This document shows, in pieces, positions 13,233 to 27,520 of a stretch of DNA of 64,000 nucleotides (the first letter of the stretch is position 1; each line of letters opens with the position of its first letter). The translations under genes and the position numbers were made by a program. Location: assembly GCF_009914755.1 (NCBI RefSeq), contig NC_060928.1. One strand, given 5' to 3'. A model generated the notes under the pieces. It worked only from the letters and a program-made list of their open reading frames with translations. It did no database searches and had not been told where the DNA came from. Source of the DNA: the human T2T-CHM13v2.0 reference genome, Homo sapiens.

Positions 13233-14789
13233 CTGTGGACACAACACACAAAGTGGCCATTAGTGCTGGCGCCAGGCAGAGAGGGAGGAGGGCAGTTCCG
13301 TGACTGGCAGGCAACACAGGCGCAAACACCCACACAGAGCCCTGATCCTCCAGACAGGAAAAGAACTCTACCCCGAGAGACACAAGTCAGGGTTCCAGAA
13401 CCTTCTCTTTGGAGAAACATGGTTAATTCTTCCCAGAGAAAGAGGCCCCCGGGGAAACTGATTTCGTGCCAATGAGCCCAGAGCTTGTCTCTACCTGGCC
13501 ACCCCCACGTCCCACTGTTCTCCCACAAAGATGTGTTTTCCCAAAAGGAAGACACTGGCTCAGGGCACAGGCAGCAACATCCTGAGGGCCCATCACCTCG
13601 GTTTTCTCTGGACAAGAGAGAAAAGGTGCTCAGCAGAGACAGAGGGTGACCAGAAGCCTTTGGGTTGGAGACGGCTCTGCCGTGGGGGTCCTGGGGCCCT
13701 AGACAGCAGGCTGACCCGTCTTCCCAGGCTGGCACCCCATCCACCACCACCTGCACATATGTTCAGTGAGGAGCATGGAGGTGGGAGGGGCCCAGAAAGA
13801 GCACAGCCCTTGTGAGGTGAGCAAGCATTGGGAAAGAGAACGCCGTTCCCACAGCAGAGCGGGGAGGCACTCTGTTCACAGGAACCATGGTTATTACAGC
13901 GCAATAACTCGACGGCCTCTGGGAGGCTGCCACGGGCCCTGTGAAGCCCTGTGCCATGGGAGGTGGGAAGCTGAAGGCCATGGGTGGAATGATGGAATCA
14001 AGGGAGAAACCCTCAGGCTGCTCCCGGCCATCGGCATAGAGGAAGCTCTGTATGGACACACCTGACCCAGGAGCCCAGCCCTGTCCACCTGCCGAGGCAG
14101 GCCCCATGGGGTCGCACTTTATGGCTGAGAGCGGAAGCTCACACACAGGTGCCACTGTTTAGCAGAGCGGGAGGCCAACCCAGGTCTCCCCAGAGGGAGG
14201 GGGTGACTCCCGAGCCACAGTCCCTCCCTTCCTGCCCCTTCTCTGCCCTCTGGGGACAGGTCCTGGGGTCAGGATCATCCATGGTTCACAGATGTCCTGC
14301 CATTTGAGAGGCGCAGCCCCAGAGAGGCTGAAAGAAACCTCAGTGACAACAGCTAAGGGCCCGTGTCCACTTGGGCCTGGAAGCTGTGTCCTGGTCATAC
14401 CATGAGACCCTGGAGCAGGACAGGGAGAGATACCAGCCCACCCCAACACACATCACCTCTGCATGTGGCCCTTCATGGCCACAGAGCCCTCCCACAGGGA
14501 CACACGCACTCAAACCAGGAAGGGGTGTGCCCGATGCCCCAAGGCTGCCAGGAGGTGGAGGAGGATCGTGAGGCCAGTCCTCTAGGCTTGAATCGCACGT
14601 CCCAGAGAGAGCGCCAGGATGTGCTGAGAAAATAGCCAGCACATCCTGTGGTCTTTGCGGGGAAGAAGGGACTGGATTTGGGTCTTAGCCCTGTGGCCGA
14701 GACGCGAGTCCTCACGGACTCTCTTCCAGCATCTGGTCCAGGTGCAGACCAGATGTTGGACAATAAAGCCAACACACAGCCTGGGCATG

Positions 14790-15615
14790 TGGTAGGTGGG
14801 TACAGGTGGGTGCAGTGGGTGGGTGCAGGTGAGTGCAGGTAGATGGGTGTAGGTAGGTACAGGTAGGTGGGTGTAGGTGGATGCACATGGGTGCAGGTAG
14901 GTGGTTGCAGATGGGTGCAGGGGGGTGTGTGGTAAGTGGGTGCAGGCAAGGTGCAGGTAGGTGGGTGGTAGACAGGTGCAGGTGAGTGCAGGTGGGAGGG
15001 TGTGTGGTAGGTAGGTGCTGGTGGGTGGTAGGTGGGTGCAGGTGGGTGGGTGGTAGGTAGGTGGGTGCAGGTGGGTGGTGGGTGGTAGGTAGGGGCAGGT
15101 GGGTGGGTGTGTGGTAGGTGGGTACAGGTGGGTGGGTGGTAGGTAGGTGGGTGCAGGTGGGTGGTGGGTGGTAGGTAGGTGGGTGCAGGTGGGTGGGTGC
15201 AGGTGGGTGGTAGGTGGGTACAGGTGGGTAGTGGGTGGTAGGTAGGTGGGTGCAGGTGGGTGGGTAGTAGGTAGGTGGGTGCAGGTGGGTAGGTGGGTGG
15301 TGGGTGCAGGTGGGTGGTGGGTGGTAGGTAGGTGGGTGCAGGTGGGTGGTGGGTGGTAGGTAGGTGGGTGCAGGTGGGTGGTGGGTGGTAGGTGGGTTCA
15401 GGTCGGTGGGTGGTAGGTAGGTGGGTGCGGGTGGGTGGTGGGTGGTAGGTAGGTGGGTGCGGATGGGTGGTGGGTGGTAGGTAGGTGGGTACGGGTGGGT
15501 GGTGGGTGGTAGGTAGGTCAGTGCGGGTGGGTGGTGGGTGGTAGGTAGGTGGGTGCAGGTGGGTGATGGGTGGTAGGTAGGTGGGTGCAGATGGGTGGTT
15601 GGTAGGTGGGTGTGG
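14790..15615. repeat. G-rich complex minisatellite (GGTGGGT/GGTAGGT/GGTGCA units)
   Basis: About 820 bp of GGTGG/GGTAG/GTGCA units. Confidence 0.95.
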
Positions 15616-16642
15616 GTCGTGATGCCTTCCCTCAGCTCCCCCCACTGGTCCCTCTCATTGTCAGTGGGGCTTGTCACCCACATCCTCAAATTCTGTGATC
15701 CACAGGGGCAGAAGCAAGTCAGGAGGGCACCTGCTGGCCCTGAGCTCTTCTCACCCTCCCTGCACAGCCCTTGAGCTTGGCAGGTGCACCCAGCAGCCAT
15801 GACTTTCTCGCCCCACACCATCCGCATCGAACGCGCTGCCCTGGAGTCTCAGCTCTTGCTTCCCTGGAGGCCCTTGTTGAAGTCTCAAAATGAGAAGGCC
15901 CAAGGGAAACGTGTTTGAAAGGACTGAGCTTCCCCACCCCGGGGAGCCCCCCATGCCTGGCGGCACGCATGTCAAGAGCACACACACTCGGGCCAACAGC
16001 CTGGCAACGCCTCCTCCTACCCCAGGCAGCTGCGGTCACGTTGAAACCTCAGAACCACAAGAGGAAAAGCAAAAACCAACAATGCATTCCACGGGAAATG
16101 GACAGAGCAGCTCTGAATAAGAAACCTCTGAGGAGTAGGAACGCCGTCCACAGGCAGGCCAGGAAATAAATAATCTGTGGTTCAACCAGGTCGGTTACAT
16201 TGGCTCATGAATTCATGGGGCAGAGGAGCATGGGGCAGAGCCATGGCAGCGAGGGTGGCACGGGCCAAGAGTCCGCTACAGAGGAAATGCATCTCATGCT
16301 TTATGAAAATAATCTAATACTTAAGAAAATTAGGAGATTTTCACTGAGTCACTATCATCTTTCCTACAAACCAGCATGCTTCCTACTTTCTACTCCATTT
16401 AAGGAGGCATTCCAGGCTCACTCCTTCAGCAACGGCAGCTTTGGGGCCACAGTGCCTTGGGCATTACTGAAATAGGATGTGCACATGGCTATCTGATGGG
16501 CGTGAAGAGGCTGAGCGTGTGGGTGAGTGGTGAAGATGGAAGTGGCTCTGGCCCCATAGGACACATGCTAGGGATGACGCCTGTCCTGCAGGGCAGCACT
16601 TGGGGACACAGGTGTCCAGGGCCATGTGGGCAGGGTCCATAC

Positions 16643-16789
16643 CTCGCCGTAGCTCTGCCTGTCCCCTGCAGAGTGGCTGATGTAGGGTGAGTAGGAGATC
16701 ATGTCGGGGCGGTCGATGTCATAGATGGCCTTACTTTTAGGAAGGGCTGCCAAGTCCCTGTAGTCCAGGATCTCACCACCAAGCTTGGC
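16643..16789 (-). CDS. ABLIM2: ABLIM2 exon, 147 bp: AKLGGEILDYRDLAALPKSKAIYDIDRPDMISYSPYISHSAGDRQSYGE
   Basis: cccctctcag acceptor, GAG|GTATGG donor, phase 0 to 0. YxDLAAxPK.KAIYDI.RPD is the conserved dematin/abLIM block. Confidence 0.97.
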
Positions 16790-16825
16790 CTGAGAGGGGA
16801 AAGAGAATTGGGGAGGGGACAGTCA

Positions 16826-16960
16826 CCAGATGCACCCCAGAGGGCAGCACCCCCAAAGCCGGATGCATCCCACAGGACAGTGCCCCCAAAGCCAGATGCA
16901 TCCCACAGGACAGTGCCCCCAAAGCCAGATGCATCCCACAGGACAGTGCCCCAAAGCCAG
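16826..16960. repeat. 33-bp minisatellite x4
   Basis: Unit agatgcatcccacaggacagtgcccccaaagcc. Confidence 0.92.
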
Positions 16961-17394
16961 AGGGCAGTGGCTGCTCCAGCAGCCGTGAAGAGGGTGCTGG
17001 GGTCACAGCGCTTTGGGCAGAGTCTGAGCTCACCCCCAGCTCCTGGTATAGGTGAAATGGGGACGGGGTCAAAAGCACAGGGAACTCCAGAGCAGGCAGG
17101 CTTGGGTCCTGAGGCCCAGCCACAAAAGAGCCAGTAGGCCTTGCGGAAGTGTCTTCTCTAAGCCTCAGTTTCCTTCTGTACAAAATGAGGGAAATGATCA
17201 CACCCGAAGGCTCTGGGGTCAAGGAGGCCATGCCTGTGATGTACCTGGCATGGGGTCTGGCAGGCAGTGAGACTCAGTCCATGGCTTAAACATGTGTACA
17301 TGCACGCACACGTACAAACACAGACACGCACACATGCAAACACACACACTGCACACACAAACACACATATAGGCAAACACACACGCATCCCTTA

Positions 17395-17742
17395 CTATTC
17401 ATGTGGGATTGGCCCCAGGACCCTCCTCAAATCCCCAAATCCTCATATGCTCAGGTTGTTAAGTAAAATTATGTGGTTCTTGCCTGTAGCCTGTGCACAT
17501 CCTCCCATTTGCTTAAAACCATCTCTTGGTGATTTGTAATGCCTAACACAATGCAAATGTTGGGTAAATCGATGTTATACTGTATTATTTAACTTGCATA
17601 AATAAAATAGTGTATTATTTTTATATCATTTTATTTGTATTATTTTTTATTGTTGTTTGCTATTTTTATTGTTTTTTAAGAATATTTTCAATCTGAGGTT
17701 GGTTGAATCTGCAGATGTGGAATGCATGGATACAAAGGGTGA
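17395..17742. mobile_element. MER2-like (TcMar-Tigger) DNA transposon remnant
   Basis: ggattggccccaggaccc...aaatcc...atgctca start and ttggttgaatctgcagatgtggaa...catggataca end. Confidence 0.7.
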
Positions 17743-17744
17743 TG

Positions 17745-18210
17745 ATACATACCTACACATACATGTGCACACACATACGCACACATGCACACACACACGC
17801 ACATGCATGCGCACACATGCACACACATGCAGGCACACACACACACATAAGGCACACACATGCACTACACACATGTGCATGTATACCTCCACACAGAGAA
17901 CATGCCTGTCTGAGACTGTGGAGGTATAGACCCCCCTCACATCCTGGCCCACTCCCACATACTAGCACACACATGCCCACACCCACACACTGACACGTGC
18001 TCACACATGCAATCACTCCCCAGGCCCATGGCTCACTCACACACAACCGGCACACCCCCACACACTGGCACACACCTGCACACCCAGATTCACCCACAAA
18101 CGTGCATGCACACCTGCCCACACATACTTGCACACAATCACCCCACCCCTACCAAGCAAGTTCACATTCACCACCCCCCATGCCCACACGCACTCACACA
18201 CATTCACATG
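17745..18210. repeat. Degenerate (CA)n low-complexity block (smaller block at 17290-17390)
   Basis: cacacatgcacacacac... repeated. Confidence 0.9.
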
Positions 18211-20368
18211 CTGCCTGCAGCAAAGCACCTGGCATTTGACAGGCCAGCTGGGACACCCCTCAGCAGGGTCGGGGGCCCTTCTGTCCTGTCTACCTCTGGC
18301 CTACCCTGGCCCACAGTGGCGCTCCTGCCCTTGCTGAATGAATGCGGGACGCTGGGAGAACCCCTGTGTTTGCTCAGGGAGGTCCAGCTGGTGTGTGCTG
18401 CCCTCTGCTCTGATTCTGCCCAGCCTTCCTCCGCGGTACCCCACTGTGCACTGTGCACGTGCTCTTGCCCCTGCCTGTCCCCTTCTCCCTGGCTCTGGGC
18501 TCCCCAGGAGCTGCCGGGGGCATTTTCCAGCCACAGGTGACTCTGGTGGAGATCCCTGTTGCTGCTTCTCGATTCTGCCTCAGCCTCCTCTGGACATGAT
18601 GAGCTGTCTACCCCGAGACATGCACTGGGCTGAGCCCTCCATCATCTGCTCGCAAAACACAATGATGCCACAAAGGGGTGCTCACAGAAGCTCCTTTTCA
18701 CAATGTAGAAGCCAGAGCCCAGAGAGGTTGGGTAACTTGCCCAGACTCACAGAGCCAGGAGGGTGCAGGGCAGCACATGACCCTGGCTGTCTGACTCTAA
18801 AGCCCATGCTCCCCACCACAGCTCTCCCCTTTCCAGGCTTCACTGCTGGGGGGAATGCCTCTCAGGCCCAGATGCATCCCAGTGGTCTCAGCTCAAACCC
18901 TCTGGGAGCCCCCTCTTCAGCTGGACAATGTAAGCCCTCATTATGGCCCCCAAACTTGGCCTTCCTGTTCCTGGCAGCTTCACCCTAAGCTGTCTCTTCC
19001 CCATGTCCCCAGGTGTGCCAGGTTCAGCCCCCTACTCCAGCTTTCCTGTATTCTTCAGGGTCTGTTAGCCTCCAGCCCACCTCCTCCACGAAGTCTTCCC
19101 TGATCACCAGGCTTGAGGGTTCTCCTGAGATGTTGGGTCTTGGGGTGAACCCTGACATTTGTGATATGCATGAAGAGAAAGAAGTTCTGACATCTCAGAC
19201 CTCTGGCTGCCCCTTTGGAGCCTGGGGCAGGGTTCAAAAGACCCGAGATCCAATCCCGAGCCAGCCATTTGTAATCATGAGATCTGATCCTGCAGGATTT
19301 TCAGCAGCTCCCCTCTGCCTTCTGGGAAATTGGAACTCTGGCGCTTGTTTACCCACTTATCCATGCCACTTAGCACTCAAGTCCTTTCAGCTCCCAGTCA
19401 CTCACAGCCTGGGGGCTTTGCACCTGCTGTTCCCTCTCTGGGATGTGCCCCTCCCACACCTCTTCCCTAAGCTCTGCCTCTGGTCCTTCCAGGCTCAGCG
19501 AAGGCCCCTCCTCGAGGCTTCCTTCCCCACACCCCCGCAACAAGTTAGTGTTGATCTTCATCTGTTGAGTTGTCCCTTATCCCCTCAAGACTGTGGCTCC
19601 TAGAGGCCCAGGATTCATCACTGAGACCCTTGCCCAGCTGTGAGGTTGACAGCAGGCTTGTGAATTGAACAAAAGCCAATCAAGCATTTGCAAAAGTCAG
19701 GTGAACTCTCAGCCAGATGCCTGGCGGGGTGTGTTTTGCATCCTCCCTTCCCCACCTCCGTCCCCTCCAAGCAGCGATGATCACAGCATTCACCTGTCCA
19801 GCCCCACAGCATAGGGGGCCGCCTTGCCCTGGGTTAGCTCCCAGCCTTCCTCAGGCTTCCCTGAACCACCCAGCCCTGACAGCAGGGGTCAGAGAGGGCA
19901 GCCTGCACGATGCCAACAGCCCCTGCCCGACCCCTCAGACAGGTTGCTAAGTGGCCTTGCAGATCCACTTTCCCCCATGCCAAGTCCTTGGGTGGTTGCC
20001 ATGACAACGGGCTGCACTCTCTAATTGGCGGAAGGTCTCTGGAGTGTGTGTAAAGGGTTTTTCCTCTTTGCCTTCTTCCTTCCCACACTCCACCCAGCAT
20101 AATACACACTAATATGGCCACTTACAACAGTATCATTACCATATAACCCAGTCAATGATAACACAGAATGGAAGAACGTTGCTTTTATACTCTGCACTAT
20201 TGCCATGTTGAAATAAAGGTTACAAAATAATATGTTCAGTGTGACCCCATGTTATAAAAATTACACACACACAGAAGCGAGACCTGAAGGGTATCTCAGA
20301 AGCATCGGCAGGGCCACTGTGGCTGGCAGGATGTAAATGCTTTAATTTCCTCTGGTGTGCTGATTACT

Positions 20369-20401
<33 letters not shown>

Positions 20402-20633
20402 AATGCAGATTGCTTTTGGCAGAAAGAAAAGAGCAGTAAAATAGGTGATGTCCAAAAGCCCCATGGTTTATGGAGGGTCTACTGTGTGCACATTTTATCC
20501 TGGAAACTAAGATGAACGAGGCCCAATCCCTGCCCGCCAAGCCCTCACGGTCCGTGGAGGAGATGCAGCCACTCGGTGGATTCTGGTGCATTCCTGTGCA
20601 CGTGAATGGCAGGGGGAGCCGGTCTCTTCCTCA

Positions 20634-21185
<552 letters not shown>

Positions 21186-22119
21186 TCATCTTGGTGAAGA
21201 GCCGGACCGTGTGCAGTGCCCACTCATGTGGCACCAACCCCAAGGTGGGAGAGAGAGCAGGGCTGTTCGGGCTTCTGGCCTGTCTGGCCCCTGGGAGGGC
21301 TGGGATGCAGCCAGGCTGGGTGCTGACCATGGTGCTTGGAGCACGTGTCAGAATTGGGAGCACGTGTCCTTGCATTGTGGCTCCATTACTTAGAGGCTGC
21401 AAAGTCAGCTCATATCTCAGAGTGGCATCAGCGACGTGGGCACACTGATGGCAGGTCCCTGGGCAGCTCTGAGGCCAAGAGGAAGCAGCATGGCACCCCA
21501 CACATTCTCCCTTGTGTCAAACTAAGAGCCGGGAGACTGGATTAATTTGTTCGAGGCCTTCTGTTTAAAACTGGAATTGTGAGCACACCTACTTGGCCGA
21601 GCAGGAAGTCCATCAAAGCTGAGACACAGTGCACCACGCTGCAGTTGACCTGGGTCAAGTGCATGCCCCACTGGTGCAGAAATTCTTTGCCCACCAACAT
21701 CCCTTGGCAGGCGTCCCACCTGAAACCCCCACTTGGGTCTGCCCCGATCTCTCCTGTGGACGGGAACTCCTTCCCCTACCCAGAACAGGGATGCCATCTG
21801 GCCTGATCGTGGCTGGGTCCCCAGGGCTCCACAGGGAGCTTGTGCTCACCCATGCTTGTAACTGCCTGATGCAAGAAGAAAGGAGCCACCATGGCTGTTT
21901 ACAGCACTGAGCAGCAGGGTCTCCTGGAAAAAACCTAAGCCTCGGAGTCACGGAGACCTGTGGGCTCCAAGCCCAGCTCTGCCTTGAAAGTGTTGCATGG
22001 CCTTGAAAGTGGGACCATGACAACAGAGGCCGCTGTCACTGCTCACTGCATGCACACACAGTCACTACCATCCCACGCTCCTTGCAAATGCCAGTTTGTT
22101 TAAAAAAAAAAAAAAAAAG

Positions 22120-22564
<445 letters not shown>

Positions 22565-23058
22565 TCAGAAAACAATACCCCAAAGTACGGAGCCACAGCA
22601 TGCTGAGGACTTTGACCTAAGGGAGAGTGGAAGGCCTCGGAAGCAGGGTCTCTCTGACCGCCTCCTGCCCTCCTGTCTCTCACCCTCTTCCTTCCTACCC
22701 CCGCTGAAGTGAGCCATACCAACCAGAGTTCCTCTTCCCCAAGGCGGGTCATAGAAACTAGAAGTTCCTCCCCAAAGCCAGCCATGAAGCCTAGAAACAT
22801 GAGTCTAACCTTTCCCTCATTCTGTGCACAACCTGGCCATGGAGCCATTCTCTGACCTAGCTTGCCTGAGAGTAGGTCCTAAGACCCCCTGTGCCCTATA
22901 CCTGGAGGAAGAAGGACTCCCCAGAGAGGCCAAGGAGCATCTGAGCAGACGGCCCTGCTGTTTCCCCACTCAGTCTGTTCCCATCAGATCACACACCTTT
23001 TGTCCAATCATATTTCTACATGGCCACCCAGTTATCATCCAATCTAAGCATAAAAATA

Positions 23059-23666
<608 letters not shown>

Positions 23667-23904
23667 AAGGACAGTCCTCCCTGGGTCTTTGGACCTGCGT
23701 CCCTGAAGGCTCCTGTGTCACCTAAAACTTTGATTAAATACGTCTCTCATGCTTTTCTCTTGTGAACTTGTCTCTCGTTATAGGAGTGTCAGCTGTGACC
23801 CTTTCAATGGGTGAGGAAACAGACCATACCTTTGTGCGCCTACACAAACATGATCTCATTCACATGATAATTGTCATAATCATTATTCATGAGGATGATG
23901 ATGG

Positions 23905-24260
23905 TATTATGGACTGAACTGTGTCTCCCCGAATTCCTGTGTTGGTAAAGTCCTAACCCTCAGGACCTCAGAATGTGACTGCATTTGGATGCAGGGCCTT
24001 AAGAGAGGTCATCAAGTTAAAACAAGACCGTTAGGGTGGATTCAATCCAATCTGCCTGGTGTCCTTATGGGAAGAAATCAGGACCCGGATGCACACAGAT
24101 GACCCGTGATGATGCAAGGAGAGGACGGCCGCCTGCGGGCCAGGGATGGGGAGCCAACCCTGCTGACTCCTTGATCCTGGGTTTCCAGGCTCTGGAACTT
24201 TGAGACAATTTATTTCTGTTGTTCAAGCCCCCAGGAGGCTGACACAGATGATGGTAACAG
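23905..24260. mobile_element. MaLR (MLT1A/B-like) LTR
   Basis: tggactgaactgtgtctcccc...ctcagaatgtgactgcatttgga...ctggaactttgagacaatttatttctgttg. Confidence 0.75.
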
Positions 24261-25142
24261 TAACGGCAGCAAGCGTTTCCCACAGCCTTCTTCTGGGCAG
24301 GCGCTGTGCTCACTGCCACCCAGGCAGCGCCTCAGTGAGCCCTGGACCGAAGGTGCCTGGGGGTCTCCGTGGATTACTGAGGGGCTCCCAGAGGCTCCAG
24401 GCGGGCGGCACCTCGCCCAGGGCATGCAGCCAACCTGGTGCCTTCATGCGCCCGCCTAAGCTTCAGAGTGCACATCCCAAGCGCCACAGTGCCACTCACC
24501 CTCCAGGCCAGCAGTGCGTCATGGTAACTGAGGACTCGTGCACCCCTCAGTGGCACTGTCAGGATTAAGGTCAGGAAGGACCCTGTGTCCAACCACTATG
24601 AGAGAGGAGGGTCGAAAAGAAGCACAGCAGACAGCGGATCCAATAAACTGTCTTAAAGTTCTGGAGCCTAGAAACCCAGTGGATCCAGCCTCCGCTGAGG
24701 CATGAAGAACCCAGGTCCTGGCCTGGCGGGGACGGGGAGGGGAGAAGGGGCTTGTCCCAGTCACCAGCCATTCCAGTGCTGGGTTCTGGTGCAGGGGCAG
24801 CCTACATGGCAGTCCCGGGTGACCCCTGGCCACCACCGCATAAGCCATCCCTCACCTGGCGCCTGGGGGTCCTCGCCTAGATAAGGAATTTTGGTATTTA
24901 CACAAGCAATATTAGCAAACATTAAATACAATATTAAATATTAAATTTACATATACATATGTATATGTATGTATACATATATAAATTTAAATATACAATA
25001 TTAAATGTATTAAATATTAAATAGAATAATCTCCCATCTCGAATCCCACCACCCAGAGGAAATTTCTGGTAACAACTTGTTAAAATGTTTTCAATCATTT
25101 TTATATTTGTATGTGATTATGGAAGCGTGTGAGGCGCACAGA

Positions 25143-25161
25143 CACACACACACACACACAC

Positions 25162-25192
<31 letters not shown>
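25143..25192. repeat. Compound (CA)n(TC)n microsatellite
   Basis: Directly visible. Confidence 0.95.
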
Positions 25193-25659
25193 AACGAAAA
25201 CGGGATCACATAATTTACATCACCCTTAACTTGCTTCTTTTAGGGAACACGCTGGGAGAGCGTGCGTGTTGATGTACACAGATCCGTGCCGTTATTTGCA
25301 AACTCTGCAGGGTCCCGCCTGGGTGTCTGGCAAGCCCCAACTGTCGGCTGTTGATGTGACGTGTCTGCACCACTATAAACAACAGCTGTGTACACACCAC
25401 TGTGTGGCTCTTGTCACCAGATAATTGGGGACAGGTTCCCAGGGGAATTGCCGGGTCAAACAAACATGTCTGTGTTTCAGACTCATAAAGCCTGTACCAA
25501 CCTCCACCCCGAAGCAGGGACAAGAGCAATGGCCGTACCTCAGGCCCCAGATGATAGTTCTCGGAAAACTCTCTTAGGGGTGGGCTTAGCCACGGCCACC
25601 GGGCCCCCCTTCTCTCTCCACCCTCCCACCGCCATCCCCATAAAAAGGCCCTGACTTAC

Positions 25660-25737
25660 ATAAATCACACGGCTCGGAGACCCTGAGGTGCTGGAAGCAG
25701 GGACAGAAATGATGCTCTCTGAGGAAGTTCTGGTTTC
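25660..25737 (-). CDS. ABLIM2: ABLIM2 exon, 78 bp: ETRTSSESIISVPASSTSGSPSRVIY
   Basis: Long pyrimidine tract plus CAG, GTAAGT donor, phase 0 to 0. The GSP(S)RxIY motif precedes the abLIM/dematin conserved block. Confidence 0.96.
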
Positions 25738-25864
25738 CTGAGAAAGGAGAGAGGAAGAGATTGAAGGCAGGTACCAACATTCGGGGCCTTCAGAGGCGAC
25801 TGTCAGGAGTTCCACTCCAGCAGCCACGCCAGCGCACTGCGGTGTTTCTTTAAAGTTGGGGCTG

Positions 25865-26180
25865 GGCCGGGCACGGCGGCTCACGCCTATAATCCCAGCA
25901 CTTTGGGAGGCTGAGGTGGGCGGATCACGAGGTCAGGAGTTCGAGATCAGTCTGACCAACATGGTGAAACCCTGTCTCTACTAAAAATACAAAAATTAGC
26001 CGGGTGTGGTGGCGGGCACCTGTAATCCCAGCTACTCAGGAGGCTGAGGCAGGAGAATCGCTTAAACCTGGGAGGCGGTGCTCAGTGAGCCAAGATCGCG
26101 CCACTGCACTCCAGCCTGGGTGACAGAGAGAGACTCCATCTCAATGAATGAATGAATGAATAAATAAATAAATAAATAAA
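25865..26180 (+). mobile_element. Alu (AluSg-like) with (GAAT)n(AAAT)n tail
   Basis: Clear TSD taaagttggggctg; about 130 bp upstream of the 78-bp exon acceptor. Confidence 0.94.
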
Positions 26181-27174
26181 GTTGGGGCTGAAGGAATTCT
26201 TGGAATAAACACACAGGCTTGGATGAATGACTGAAAAGCTAGCATCAGGCAGACATGGTGGGCCACATGAGACCAGAGTGATGCACAGGCCAAGCCATTC
26301 TGCAAGCTCCGGTTATGCTCAGAGGCGTCATTTTCCACCGGGATTATGGGGACTCGCTGCAGCTTAGTCCACTGGCCCAGGTTCCTGGGAACACGGGACC
26401 ATCTTGGTCACCCTGAAGACCCTCTCTAGCTTGGCCCCCGGCTCTGTCCTCCATGCCCTCTGACCCTCCATGGGCCCCCAAGCCTTTCTCAGCTCAAAGA
26501 GCACCTGCTCCCACCTGACACACAACTTAGAAATGGCCCTTCGGAGCCCCCTGGCAGCCACTCTCCCAACTGCACCTGTGGGCTTGTCCTGGCCTTTTTG
26601 CTGCTGTCACGCCTGGGACCTGTGTCCTCCTTACATGCTCGCTGCTGTCTGGGGCCACTCCTCCCTTCCGGACCACACCCGCTGTGTCCCCTGGGCTGAT
26701 GGTTTTTGTGACTGTCCTGCCTCTCCCCCCACCTCAGCCCCTTCCAGCCCTGCGGACACACTCCTTCTGTGGTCCCCACACCTCTGGCTGCACCTGCTGT
26801 CCCTCCCCACCTGCAGGGCAGGGGCCTCTCCTGGTTCAGCTCTCACTGGAGCTGCACACCCCTCCCCTGGTTCAGCCCTCACTCCTGGGCCACCTGCCTG
26901 GCCTTCCCCACGCCTCCTATTCACCCTGTCCAAAAGAAGCCCATATCCACAGAGGCCTCCCCAGCCCTCAGCAGCCAAGAGCTCAGCCCTCACTCTCCCC
27001 ACGGCCCCCACGTCCTCTGCTGCTTCGATGGTTTCCCACCCCGACCACAGCCCCCACTGCAGCTCCCTCCTCTCATTTTCTGAGTAGACCCTTTTCTTGC
27101 CACCCCCAACAATTCTGTCCTGCCCATTTCAGGGGCCCATCCATGCAGCGGTGCCTGCAGCCCAGGAGGCACCA

Positions 27175-27520
27175 CAGTGGATGGGCTGATCTGTGTCCAC
27201 ATTCGTAGGTTGAATCCTAACCCCCAGGACCTCAGAATGTGGCTGTATTTGGAGACAGGGTTTTTAAAAGGTCACTAGGATGGGCCCTAATCTGTTATGC
27301 CTGGGGTTTCTACGAGCAGGGATCAGGACACAGACACACACAGGGAGTCCATGTGGAGGCACAGGGAGAAGGCAGCATCTACGAGCCAACGAGGGAGAAA
27401 CCACCCCAGCTAACCCCGTGATCTTGGCCTTTTGGGCTCCAGAGCTGTGGGAAGGTGGGTTTCTGCTGTGCAGGCCACCCAGGCCGGGTGCCTTTATCGG
27501 GGAAGCCCCAGCTGCCTGAC
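27175..27520. mobile_element. MaLR (MLT1-like) LTR
   Basis: aggacctcagaatgtggctgtatttggagacaggg...gatcttggccttttgggctccagagctgtg. Confidence 0.7.

Noticed and set aside
14473-15827. 390- and 371-aa Pro/Thr/His ORFs resembling extensin or mucin
   Set aside because: Stop-free translations of the G-rich minisatellite in several frames; no splice or coding evidence.
20365-20405. Minus-strand ATTAAA running into A28 as an intronic poly(A) site or retrocopy tail
   Set aside because: No element body or TSD is recognisable. A genomic A-run would more likely cause oligo-dT internal priming artefacts.
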